From contig CP136572.1 in the NCBI GenBank assembly GCA_035193785.1, positions 2,100,578 to 2,164,577 of the forward strand: a stretch of DNA of 64,000 bases, given 5' to 3'. Under the pieces are notes generated by a model, which did not search any database, had not been told where the DNA came from, and saw only the letters and a list, made by a program, of their open reading frames with translations. The stretch is from Planktothrix sp. GU0601_MAG3 (lineage in GTDB: Bacteria > Cyanobacteriota > Cyanobacteriia > Cyanobacteriales > Microcoleaceae). Of the stretch, positions 49,412 to 61,036 are shown one piece after another (the first letter of the stretch is position 1; each line of letters starts with the position of its first letter). The translations under genes were made by a program, and so were the position numbers.

Positions 49412-51731
49412 TCAGCGAATCACTTGCCAATCTTCAATCCGCCAAGCCCCATCTTTACGAATCAAGCGATATTGAATCTGTAAGGAGGCATCTTCAGTAT
49501 TTTGGGCCTGACCGCGACTGAAAAACTGGGTTTGTTCCTGAATATTAGCGATTGCTAGGGCTTGGTTAGGATTAGCCTGATCGATCTGGACTTCACTAAC
49601 TTTTACGTTGTGTTTATAGGTGCGATAGGAACCCTCTTGTTTCATGTTTTGCGACATAGCCACCCAACGGGCCAAGGCTGGATCAACTAATATTTCCCGC
49701 AGCCCCTCAACTCGATACTCTGGCCCTAGGGCGGCGGATTTTGCCGATAACCACTGATTCAGTTTGGCTTCCGCCACTTCTGGAGTGATTTTTTCCGGTT
49801 CGGCGGTAACGGGTGTCGGTTCAGGAATGGGTAAGGGAGGCTGGCTCAACTGCACCATTGCCTGTTCCCCTTTCAAAGTTGGCCCAGACCAGCCCAAAAC
49901 ATCGGCGAGGGCTCCAAAAACCCGGGAGAGTAGGAACCAAAGCAACCACAGTCCAAATAATCCTCCCAGACCCAAAATTAATAACCGACGCCATTGACTA
50001 GAATCATTTTTCCGTTGAATCCGACGCAGACTACTGCTGCTATTGGCGGAACCAGAGGCAGCTTTTGGGGCAGGAGTTGCCGGGACATTTGCCGACGCCG
50101 CCGGGTCGGGAAGCGGTTGGGGGGCAGTTTCGGAGGAACCGCGACGGGAAGATTCAGGATTTTTGCGACTTCCCTGCAAGGATGTTGCCGTAGAACTCGG
50201 TTCTACCGAAGTCCGCACACTGGCTGGAGGGGGTTGGGAGGGGGCTAGGGGTTCTTGAAGACTGGCGCCCGATACCCCCATATTTCTAGCGGCCAAAGTC
50301 GCTGTTAAGGCGTCTAAAGAAGCCTGGGTGAGTTGGGAACTCGTTGCCGTTGCGCCGGAGGTTGGGGTCGTGGACTTTGAGGCAGAATCCGGGGCCGTAG
50401 TCGGACGTCTTGGTTGAACCACTACCCACTCATTGGAGGTGTTCCCCGTTTCATTAGGTAGGGCTTCTAAATAGGCTTGGACATGGGGATCGGCAAAATA
50501 ATCCTTTAGGGACACCGACTTATCCAGCAAATCCCGAAAATGGGGAAATACCTCATCCTGTAACCAACTTTCGGCGTAAAGACATAACCCGGGTAACAGG
50601 TCGGGGGAATTCTGGGAATTTTCTCGGATAAAGGCAATGGGTTCCCGTTCCTGACTTAATTCTAGGGAACGACTGGCTTCTTCGGTTTGTCCCAACAATA
50701 GGGCACAAACGGCTTTTTCTAAATGCACATCTTGCCGTCGGCCCAACTGCATCAGCATTAATTTAGCCTTGCGAATTAGGGCGGGTTGGGCTTCGGCAAA
50801 TCCTTGGGCAATTAAGGCATAAACGGCTAAATAGGTAGCCACGGCCGAGGGGCGACGGGCTTCGGTTTCAAATAACCCCTGTTGTTCGGTGGTGGTCATG
50901 TAGCGACGGAGTTGCTGCACAAACCGCAGAAAGTCTTCAACGCCCAAACCTGACCCGTCATCCCCTTGACCATCAATACCGCCGCGTTCGTGGAGCATTT
51001 CGCGTAGAAGTTGCAATCCTTTGCGACGTTTCTGCGGCTTTTTCTAGGGGGAGTTGGAGTAATTCTAAAATCCGATAGGGACGGAGTTTGTAGAGATCCG
51101 TTTGCATTTCACCTCTTAAACTAGCAAACAAGCTTTCTCTTAATAATAAATTCTGTCCGGCTTCTAGGGAAGAAGCGGCATTTTCATATTGTCCTTGTTG
51201 CCATTGTTCTCGACCCAGTTCTAAATAGGCACTGGTGACGGTTAAAACAATATCGGGAACAATTAGGGAGGCTTCCCCAAAACGGCCATCTTTTAACCCA
51301 ATACTGCCCGTATTCAAATAGGGGTGGCATAATTTTACCACTAATTCATATTCCCCTAATTCATGGAGGAGTAATAAAGCCCCCACAAATTGCTGATCTT
51401 CGATCTCAATACTGGGAGTATGGGCATCGATCACGGGTTCGAGGGCGGTGGATTCACTGATGGCCCGTTTCTCGAAAGCGGGAGTTTTGACTTCTGATTC
51501 GGGTTCGTAGGTTTTGGCTAGAAACCCCATATCATAAGCATTTCGCTGATCGGCATCCGATAAAATAGCATAGGCTTCATCAATCAACTGTTTGCGCGTG
51601 GCGATCGCTAAATCAGAATACTCCCGTCTCGGAAGTTGCAAAGTGCGATCGCGGTGCGCTTGCTTCAGTTGTTCTGGAGTTGCTTGAATCGGTAAGCCTA
51701 ATATTCGGTAATAATCGAGTGGAATACGCAC
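49412..51731 (-). CDS. ftn2: cell division protein Ftn2/ZipN, ARC6 homologue (apparent +1 frameshift at ~51028)
   Basis: VRIPLDYYRILG J-like domain, LRPYRILELL, DLLPGLCLYAESWL...VFPHFRDL, TM, C-terminal IMS/DUF4101 (WLSAKSAALGP). Confidence 0.92.
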
Positions 51732-51744
51732 GGGCAACTTCCCC

Positions 51745-52014
51745 AACGGTGAGAAACTGATTTAGCCATATTAGCAGGAAATGGCGGAAATAGAAATAAA
51801 TGGCAAATTGGGAATTAAGAATTGATAACTCGTAATTCGTAATTCCTAATTCGTAATTCGTAATTCGTAATTGTTTAAAAACGGTGAGAAACTGATTTAG
51901 CTATATTAGCAGGAAATGGCGGAAATAGAAATAAATGACAAATTAGGAATTAAGAATTGATAACTCGTAATTCCTAATTCGTAATTCCTAATTCGTAATT
52001 CGTAATTGTTTAAA
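51745..52014. repeat. two tandem 135-bp copies of the gor-ftn2 intergenic region
   Basis: Copies begin AACGGTGAGAAACTGATTTAG at 51745 and 51880, differ at a few positions, and each ends in (TAATTCG)n TTGTTTAAA. Confidence 0.92.
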
Positions 52015-53354
52015 GGGTAACAAATTCTTCTCCACTACTCGGGTGAATTCCCATGGTGTTATCAAAGTCTTTTTTGGTCGCTCCCATATTCACCGCGATC
52101 GCTACTCCTTGAATTAATTCCGCCGCATCTTTTCCTACCATGTGGGCACCTAAAACCCGATCGGTATTCGTTTCCACAATTAATTTCATAAATATCTTAT
52201 CTTCCGATCGGGTAAAACTATGGAACATGGGACGAAAACGGGCTGTATAACATTTAATATTATCCCCAAATTTTTCCCGGGCTTGGGTTTCTGTTAAACC
52301 AACTGTGGCAGCTTCGGGATAGGAAAAAACCGCCGTAGCAATATTTTCATGGGTAATAAATCGGGGTTTATGACCAAATTCCGTATCTGAAAAAGCTCGT
52401 CCTTCGGCGATCGCTACGGGGGTTAAATTCATCCGATCGGTACAATCTCCCACGGCAAAAATATTAGGTTGATTCGTACAACTATCGGCCGTTACGACAA
52501 TTGCTCCTTTTTCATTAATTTTTATCCCGGCATTTTCTAACCCTAATCCAGCTAAATTAGGTTTACGTCCGGTGGCACATAGCAGGGCATCTACGGTTAG
52601 GGATTTTGAGTTTTTCCCCTTAAAAGATAACTTTAATCCGGCTTCGGTCTTTTCAATTTTTTTAATTACTTTTTGGGTTAAAAATTCAATTCCATGACTA
52701 GCCATCCCCGCTTGAATATTATTTCTAATATCCTCGTCAAACCCATGTAAAATTAAATCTCGGCGAATAATTTGGGTAACTTCACTGCCCAGTCCTTTGA
52801 GAATACTAGCAAATTCTACCCCAATATAACCCCCACCCCAAACGGCGAATTTTTTAGGTTGTTCTGGGAGTAAAAACATTTCCCGGGAGGTAATACTATA
52901 TTCAATACCGGGAATATCAGGTTTAACCGCTTCTCCTCCCACCGCAATTAAAATTTTATCGGCGGTTATTTTTTTGTCGCCCACTTCTACCGTATGGGGA
53001 TCAATAAATTTAGCATAACCAGAAATTAGTTCAACTCCAGCTTTTTCTAAAAAACTAATATGCAGTTTACTTAACCGTTTGACTTCCGTATCAACGGCCG
53101 TAATTAATTTATTCCAGTCAAATTTAGGCTCAACTTCTCCCCATCCGTAACCCTGAGCATATTGGTACATATAGGAAAATTGCGAGGCATAAACCATCAA
53201 TTTTTTGGGAACACAACCCCGAATTACACAGGTTTCCCCCGACTAAATCATATTCGGCGATCGCCACTTTTGCCCCGTAGGATGCCGCCCGTTTAGAAGA
53301 AGCTAATCCCCCGGAACCTGCACCAATCACAAACAAATCATAATCATAACTCAT
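52010..53354 (-). CDS. gor: glutathione-disulfide reductase (apparent +1 frameshift at ~53232)
   Basis: IGAGSGG, corrected [39 protein letters not shown]. Confidence 0.95.
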
Positions 53355-53534
53355 AATCTAATTACCTCTTTTATGACCCTTTAATATTAATCTGTTCAAT
53401 GCCCTTTAAATTATAGGGTATTTTCAGTATTTATAGGGAATAGGGAAGATATAAAATCCTTCATAAACAAGGGAAACAATAACTTATAAATTGGGTAATC
53501 CTATAATAGAGTTGGTACTCTTAGGTTAAACAAT

Positions 53535-54434
53535 ATGCCATCTATATCATCAGAAACAATCCGAGATCCCAAACAAGTCGGGGAAGATCTCGCCAATATT
53601 CCAGTGATCTCCCAACCCTTAACCCCTGGAGATCCGCAATTGGGGCTATTTTTATTAACGGAAAATGCCGATACCGTTGAAATTGCCCCCGGAGTCCTCG
53701 GAAGTAACCCCCTAGGTACCTCTCAATATCCCAACGGGTTAGCCGCCTTGGGGGGAGATGATTATGTTCGGGGCTCCACGGACTCAGAAGCAATGAGGGG
53801 AAATCAAGGAAATGACACCCTCGAGGGTCAAGGGGGAAATGATATCCTGTGGGGGGGGCAAGACTCGGATGTGCTGTACGGGGGTACGGAGAATGATTTA
53901 CTAAGTGGTAATTTGGGCAGTGATTATTTGTTTGGGGATGCAGATAATGATTTACTCCGAGGGGGTCGAGGGGATGACGCCTTAGTTGGTGGGGCGGGAA
54001 ATGATACCCTGATCGGTGATTTGGGTGTGGATCGTCTTTGGGGCGGTGAGGGGGCGGATGTATTTGTCCTGCGCACCGATACCGCTACTCCTCCAGTAGT
54101 AGACTGTGGTTGTGGTAATGTTGACGGTCTCGACGAGATTACCTCGGATTTTATCCTCGATTACAATAGCACCCAAGGGGATAAAATCGGCTTGACGGGG
54201 GGGTTAACGGTTAATGATATTGTGTTAACCGAAAAAACCATTACCTATGGCGATCGCCGGGATTATGATAGTAGTGGCCCTTTCCCCCTGGGTCAGATCA
54301 GAACTTTGGATTTTCAAATTGAATCTGCATCGGTGACGGTGATTACGGAAGCTAAAACCGGGAATATTTTAGGTTTAGTCAAAGGAATTTCACCCGCACA
54401 ACTTCAATTTGTCTCCTTTTCCGATAGTATTTAG
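53535..54434 (+). CDS. RTX (hemolysin-type) calcium-binding protein
   Basis: About ten GGxGxDxLx nonapeptides (GNQGNDTLE, GGRGDDALV, GGAGNDTLI, GGEGADVFV). Confidence 0.88.
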   Translation: MPSISSETIRDPKQVGEDLANIPVISQPLTPGDPQLGLFLLTENADTVEIAPGVLGSNPLGTSQYPNGLAALGGDDYVRGSTDSEAMRGNQGNDTLEGQGGNDILWGGQDSDVLYGGTENDLLSGNLGSDYLFGDADNDLLRGGRGDDALVGGAGNDTLIGDLGVDRLWGGEGADVFVLRTDTATPPVVDCGCGNVDGLDEITSDFILDYNSTQGDKIGLTGGLTVNDIVLTEKTITYGDRRDYDSSGPFPLGQIRTLDFQIESASVTVITEAKTGNILGLVKGISPAQLQFVSFSDSI

Positions 54435-54692
54435 TCGAGTATTATATAGGGGTGAAATGAAGTCTAAAACCCCCATTCTAACCCCCTAGTATATAGTTTT
54501 TGAGAAATATATAGAACGTGCCAAGCGCCAAGCAATGTCCTTAGCCAATTGGCACGTCTCTGTTTTTACCCCCTGAATTTATTCCGTGGTCTGCTGACTC
54601 TGATTTCTCCGGCTCAATAAACCTCTTTGTTAATTGCCTATTGCTATAATTGAAGGTAGGTTCTTAATCCACCCCTACAATTGTTAATCTCC

Positions 54693-55037
54693 ATGTTAAA
54701 TTATTTTGCTTTTCGTCGTTTCCAGCCCCTAGTTGTGTTATTCCTAAGTGCTGGTTTTTTCATTCCGGCTGATCAGGCGTTGTCCTTAACGAAGAAAGAA
54801 GCACAAAACTTTAGTACCAAATATATGAAAGGCTGTTTGCAAGGGGTGAATCAATTGGGTCTTGACCCCAAAAAAGGGGAAAGGTATTGTCGTTGTACCC
54901 TGAATAATTTGCTCAAGCTTCCTGATGAAAAATTGCAATCTTTAGGACGGTTAAGCAAAGAAGAAATTAAGCTAGACTCAGTAATTCAAAATGCTATGAA
55001 TAGTTGTCTATCGACTTATACTAAAGGCGATTCATAG
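54693..55037 (+). CDS. small secreted Cys-containing hypothetical protein
   Basis: Signal peptide followed by YMKGC...YCRC...NSC pattern. Confidence 0.7.
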   Translation: MLNYFAFRRFQPLVVLFLSAGFFIPADQALSLTKKEAQNFSTKYMKGCLQGVNQLGLDPKKGERYCRCTLNNLLKLPDEKLQSLGRLSKEEIKLDSVIQNAMNSCLSTYTKGDS

Positions 55038-55381
55038 ATAATATGGCAAGCCTAAATTATTTCTCACAATATTTGGGTTGACATTCGATTTTGTCTGCGT
55101 TAGCATAAAACCATGCTAATATACGACTACAAACTTTGCAGACAAGAAAAATATCTAAGAAAAAATAATCTCTGTGGCGGTCGCTCTGAGAGTGTCGAAG
55201 AATAGAAAAATCAAGAGAACTGCAAAAGTAAAACTAAGACCGCCGTTTTGGGTGCATTCCGAATTCCTGAATTGAATTATTAATTGCTGTACTCAGTAGA
55301 TAGGAATTAATCAATCTACAAGGGTCGTCCTTGTGGAGTATGTAAACCTTACATAGTGAAGGTTTACGGATTAATTTTATT

Positions 55382-55454
55382 TATAGCAACGGACATAGCT
55401 ACTGGGACAAAATATACGCTTGTCATTGTCCTAAGCGTGATGGCGACGGCTATA
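55382..55454. repeat. TATAGC...GCTATA palindromic miniature element
   Basis: Termini TATAGC/GCTATA and inner arms GGGACA/TGTCCT; a type of dispersed repeat common in cyanobacteria. Confidence 0.6.
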
Positions 55455-55505
55455 AAAATTTGAGTACAGTTTTCACCTCGCGGGAAAGGAAGCCAGCCAA
55501 ATTTT

Positions 55506-58500
55506 ATGAAAGCAATACAAGCAATTAACCAAAATTCTTTAAAAACTTTAAATCGAATTTTTACGAGATTTAATCACGATTTTTCTCTAATTTTAGCCCA
55601 TTGTAATTATAGAATGGTTAGGGAAAAAGTTATTACACAATTACAAGAACAACATCCTAACTTAATTAAAAATATTGTCATAGATGCCGATGTTACTAAT
55701 CTTTATAATACCTTAGTTAAAGCCATTGAAACAGAAGAAAATACCCCGATAGCTTTAATCATATCCGGTTTGGAGTCTAACGAACAACTGGAAATTCTGA
55801 TTAAAATTATGAATCAAATGCGGGAGGAATTTCGTCGAAAATTTCACTTTCCTTTGGTATTGTGGGTGACGGATTCTCTCTTACAATCCTTAATTCGCTT
55901 GGCTCCTGATTTCCATAGTTGGTCAACCTCAATTTCTTTTGAAATTAGCACGGAGGATTTATTACAGTTTATCAAACAAATGACAGAGCAAGTTTCTGTT
56001 AAAGTCTTAGATAGTGGTGCTGGTATTTTTTTAGAAAATTCTTCTTTTAATTTAGAGTTAGGTTCACCTTTAAGATTAGAATTAGAATCGGCTCGCCAAG
56101 AGTTACAGAAACGGGGAGAGCCTTTAGATATTGAACTAGAGGCTGGTTTAGAGTTTATATTTGGTAGAATTTCTGACCATTCTCATCAAGTTTCTTTACA
56201 ACATTATGAACGAAGTTTGCAGCTTTGGAAACAAACTAATAATTTAATTCGCCATAGTCAATTATTATTTTATGTGGGATTTTGGTGGCACAGCTACGGA
56301 ATTTTACATCGATTTCAAAAAGAATCGGCTTATCATCAGGCTAAAACCTATTATACCGAATCCATCCAGAAGTTTAAACAAGCTGACCGTTGGGATCTAG
56401 TGGCTAAATTTATTAATGCTTTAGCCGATATCTTGTTTGGATTAAAACAATGGCAAGAATTAGAAGAAGTTGCTAAGGAATCAATTCATTATAATCGAAT
56501 TTACGCCTATCCTTTTCGAGAAGCTCGGGGATATCATTTTTTGGCAGAGGTGGCTTTAACCAAAGGTTTCCCCTTGGAAGCTAAAACTTTAGCAGAAAAA
56601 GCTCAGAATTTATTAACTAAAACCTGCTCCACTTATCAAGCTCAAACATCGGAGCAACAGTCAATTTTAGACTGGGAAACCTCCTATCATCAAGGATGGT
56701 ATTTATTTACCCTAGCCCACGCCCATCAACAACTAAATCAACAGCAAGAAGCGATTAATATTCTGGAAAAAGCCAAAGCCAGAAACTAAACCGCACTATG
56801 ACCCAGACCTCTATATTAAAATTTTACAACTTTTACAGGATTTATATTTTCAAAAGTGCGAATATTTAATGGCCTATGAAATCAAACAAAAACGTCGGGA
56901 AATTGAACAACAATTTAGATTAAGAGCGTTTATTGGAGCCGGAAGACTCGGACATATTCAAAGTATTACTAATCCCAGTTTACCCCCAGTTAACTACCCC
57001 AAAATTATTAATCCCGAAATTAGTGCCTCCGGTCGTTTATCTGTGGTGCATTGGTTGTATGAACGGATTAGAAGAAATGATTGTCGATTAACGGTGATTT
57101 ATGGACAATCTGGAGTGGGTAAAAGTTCAATTTTGCAAGCTGGTTTTATTCCAGAGTTACAAAAAACCTCGATTGATACACGTTACTTTATCCCGGTATT
57201 AATTCAAGTTTATACGAATTTTAACCGAGAATTTTCTCGGGCTTTAGCTAAGGGAATTAGGGAGTTTAAAAATATTGAATTAGATTCTTATATTTTTAAT
57301 GATCAGGAGATAATTTTAGAGCAAATTAGAGCTTTAGTCAATCAAAATTTTTGGGTAATTATTATCTTTGACCAATTTGAGGAATTTTTCTTTGCTTGTA
57401 AAGATAATCAACAGCGACAAAGCTGTTATAAATTTATCAAAGATTGCCTAGAAATTCCCTATGTTAAAATTGTTTTATCCTTACGAGAAGATTACTTACA
57501 CTATTTATTAGAATGTACTCGTCAGGGATATTTAGAAATTATTGGGAATAATATTTTAGATAAAAATATTCTATCTTATATTGGCAACTTTACACGGGAA
57601 GAAGCTAAATCCGTAATTAAAAGTTTAACAGAAAGAACACAATTTTTCCTTGAACCTGCTTTAATTGAAAAATTAGTTGAAGATTTAGCCGAGGATTTAG
57701 GGGAAATTCGGCCGATAGAATTACAAGTTGTGGGTTCTCAGTTACAGGCTCAAAATATTAACACATTACAACAATATCAACAGGCGGGACAAAAGAAAAA
57801 ATTAGTTGAAGACTATTTAGATGAAGTCATTCAAGATTGTGGTTTAAGTAATAAAAGTTTAGCTGAGTTGGTGCTTTACTTACTAACGGATGAAAATAAT
57901 ACTCGTCCTCTAAAAACCCGCGCTGATTTAGTCCGAGGCATCAAAGAAATAACCAACCATTTTGACAATATTAATCAAAATTTGGATACGGTTCTGAAAA
58001 TTTTTGTCCTCTCCGGTTTGGTCTTTCTTTTACCAGAAATTCCCTCCGAACGTTATCAACTGGTACATGATTATTTAGTCAGTTTAATTCGTCAAAATCG
58101 CGGTTCTGTGATTTTAGAACAGTTAGAAATAGAAACCCAAAAACGCCAACAAGCCGAAGCCAAAAATCAAGAACTCTGGCGGCTTTTTACCCGTTTCCAC
58201 TATTATTGGTGGTGGTATGGCACTTTTATTAACCCTAGCATTGGGATTTTTAAGGATTTCAGAAGTTAAAAATAAACAAGTTAACTTAGCCTTAGAAAAT
58301 ACTAAATATACGGCTTTAACCACGGAAAATAATCAGCTTGAAGCCTTATTAACCCTAGTCACCGCCGGAAAATTTCTATCAAATAAAACGCCTAAATCTG
58401 CCATTGAACAAGAAACCCAGAGTAAATTAAGTATTGCAGTTCAAGTGATTCAAGAAAAAAATATTTTAGATGGACATGACAAAAATAATGTTTTAAGTGT

Positions 58501-60347
58501 GAGTATTAGTCCCGATGACCAACTAATTGCTTCTGCAAGTATTGATAAAACTATTAAATTATGGACTCGTGGGGGAAAACTGATTAATACTTTACAAGGA
58601 CATAAAGATTCCGTTTGGTTTGTTACCTTTAGTCCTAATAGTCAAATCATGGCTTCTGCGAGTCGGGATAAAACCATCAAACTTTGGCAAAAAGATGGCA
58701 GATTCATCAGAACATTAAAGGGACATACCGATGAAGTCAAATGGGTTAATTTTAGTCCCGATGGTCAACAAATTGCCTCCGCAAGTCGAGATAAAACCGT
58801 TAAAATTTGGAGTTTAAATGGTAAATTAATTAAAACCTTAAACGCACATAAAACACCTGTTCTCAGCGTTGTTTTTAGTCCTGATGGTCAACTTATTGCT
58901 TCATCGAGTGAAGATGGCATAATTAATATTTGGAATCGCCTGGGAGAACTAATTAAAACAATTCCCGCCCATTCTAAACCGATTTGGAGTATTGTTTTTA
59001 GTCCCGATAGTCAAATAATTGCCTCGGCAAGTGATGATAAAACCGTGAAATTATGGAGTCGAGACGGTAAATTAATTAGAAGTTTAACGGGATATCAACA
59101 GGCAGTTAATAGTGTGGATTTTAGTCGAGATGGTAATTTAATTGCCACGGGAAGTACGGATGAAATAATTAAAATTTGGACAAAGGAAGGTTTGTTGATT
59201 TCGACTCTGCAAGGACATAGGGGTGGGATTAATCAAGTCAGTTTTTCTAAGCAAAAAGAGATGTTAGTTTCTGCCAGTCAAGATGGCATCGTTAGAGTGT
59301 GGAATTTACAAGCCCTACCTCGAATGATTCAACTGAAGGATTATAAAATTTATAGTAGTAATTTTTGGGGTAAAAATAGTGATTTAGTTGCTTCTCCTGG
59401 CCGAGATTTAAGAAGTAATGATCATGTTGTTGTATTATGGACTTTAAATGGAGAGGTAAAACGGACGTTGAGAGGTCATACTAATACGGTTAATAATGTC
59501 AGTTTTAGTCCTGACCAAAAAATGATTGCATCAGCCAGCGACGATAAAACGGTAAAACTTTGGGATTTAGAAGGTAAGGAAATTAATACTATTGTTCATC
59601 CCTCGGCCGTTTGGAGTGTAATTTTTAGCCCTAATAATCAGTTAATTGCCACCGCCAGTAATGACAATAAAATTCGGATTTGGGGAATTGATGGAACCTT
59701 AAAACAGACTTTGGAGGGTCATAAAAAACAAATCAATGATTTAAGTTTTAGTCCCGATAGTAAAATTTTAGCTTCCGCGAGTAATGATAAAACTGTTAAC
59801 CTATGGGATATCAGTAAAGGGCGTTTTATTAATTCCTTAATTGCGGCTAAAATTCGGTTTGGTTTCTGTTAGTTTTAGTCCCGATGGACAATTGATTGCA
59901 GCCACGAAAGATGGGGAATCAATCGCGATTTGGAAAAATAAAAATTCAAACTGGGAACTTTTACAAACTTCTGTTATTTTAGGTAAACATTGGAAACCAA
60001 TTTATGAGGTTAATTTTAGCCCCAATAGTAAAATATTAGCTTCTGCAAGTGTAGATGGTACGATTAAACTTTGGGATATTAATGGAAGTTTAATTACAAC
60101 TTTAAAGCCAAGTTTAGAACCTATTTTATCAGTTAATTTTAGTCCTGATGGCAAGACTTTAATTGGGATTCAAAAAACGCAACCAAGTCGAGTTGGTATC
60201 TGGTCAATTGACACAAATCAAGTCAATGAAAATACTGATCATTTGTTAAAAAAAGCCTGTGCTCAACTTGATGATTATTTAGAAACTAGCCCTAATGTTA
60301 GCAGTATTAATCAAAAAGTTTGTGATGAGTTTAATCCCTCTCGCTAA
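55506..60347 (+). CDS. NLR-like STAND protein (~1610 aa): N-terminal domain, TPRs, nSTAND1-type NTPase, TM, ~14 WD40 repeats (apparent +1 frameshifts at ~56782, ~58193, ~59862)
   Basis: Walker A GQSGVGKSS, Walker B IIFDQFEE, LSLREDY, RPIELQVVG, YQLVHDYLV; many GH...V.FSPD...ASAS.DKTVKLW repeats. Confidence 0.88.
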
Positions 60348-60355
60348 AATATTAA

Positions 60356-60383
60356 GTAGAGACGTTGTATGCAACATCTCTAC
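60356..60383. repeat. GTAG-family REP palindrome
   Basis: GTAGAGACGTTG-tatg-CAACATCTCTAC. Confidence 0.8.
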
Positions 60384-60428
60384 TAAAAGGTGGATTTGCA
60401 CCTAATTATGGATTTATATTAATTCATA

Positions 60429-60632
60429 TTAATCTCGTGGCGGTCTACCCGTATCTTTGATTATTTCTTGACCCTCCTCCCTAGCTTGATGACAAAGGGT
60501 AATATTGTTGTGAATATCACAGGGAAACTTAACAATAGAATTGGAAATAGTCAACTCTGAAGCGTTTGCTTGAGTTGCTGTAATCACCGATAACCCGATT
60601 AGGGTTAAAGACATCAGACTGTTGCGTAACAT
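60429..60632 (-). CDS. small secreted peptide, 67 aa
   Basis: AAAGGAG RBS about 7 nt upstream of the ATG; signal peptide ending ANA|SE; mature part has two Cys and ends TGRPPRD. Confidence 0.7.
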   Translation of the reverse strand: MLRNSLMSLTLIGLSVITATQANASELTISNSIVKFPCDIHNNITLCHQAREEGQEIIKDTGRPPRD

Positions 60633-60969
60633 AATTAGACTCCTTTTGGTACTGTGAAAGAATAAATCCGCTAATTTAACCCATGAATTAATGCACACAA
60701 ATAGGGGTTTTAATGGGCTTAAAATTTTAATTAAGGGGGGTTAATAAACGGATTTCATTCCTCTAAAATAGATGGGGTGTTCTTGACTTCAAGCAAAACT
60801 ACCCAGTGCATGAATAATTGAGTTTTTCAGTCTTAACACTCTACTTTTCTAGTTCAAATTAGTGAATCAGGAATACTTTTTATTTATGTATTAATTATTT
60901 TTTATGAAATACTTAAATATTTGCTAATGATGATTAATAAAAAAGTTGGGAATAATAAATATTACCCAT

Positions 60970-61036
60970 ATCAGTTATCAGTCATCAGTCATCAGTTACC
61001 AGTTTATCACCCATTCGTAATTCGTAATTCGTAATT
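60970..61036. repeat. mixed STRR heptamers (TCAGTCA/TCAGTTA, ATTCGTA)
   Basis: Direct reading, just downstream of the dnaG stop. Confidence 0.7.

Noticed and set aside
49146..49483. ORFs 49146..49430(-) and 49301..49483(+)
   Set aside because: They overlap the ends of ftn2 and the DUF4912 gene and look like promoter-region noise.
55170..55250. Glycine riboswitch (CTCTGAGAG...CGAAG)
   Set aside because: Lacks the CTCTCAGG 3' core and has no glycine-related downstream gene.
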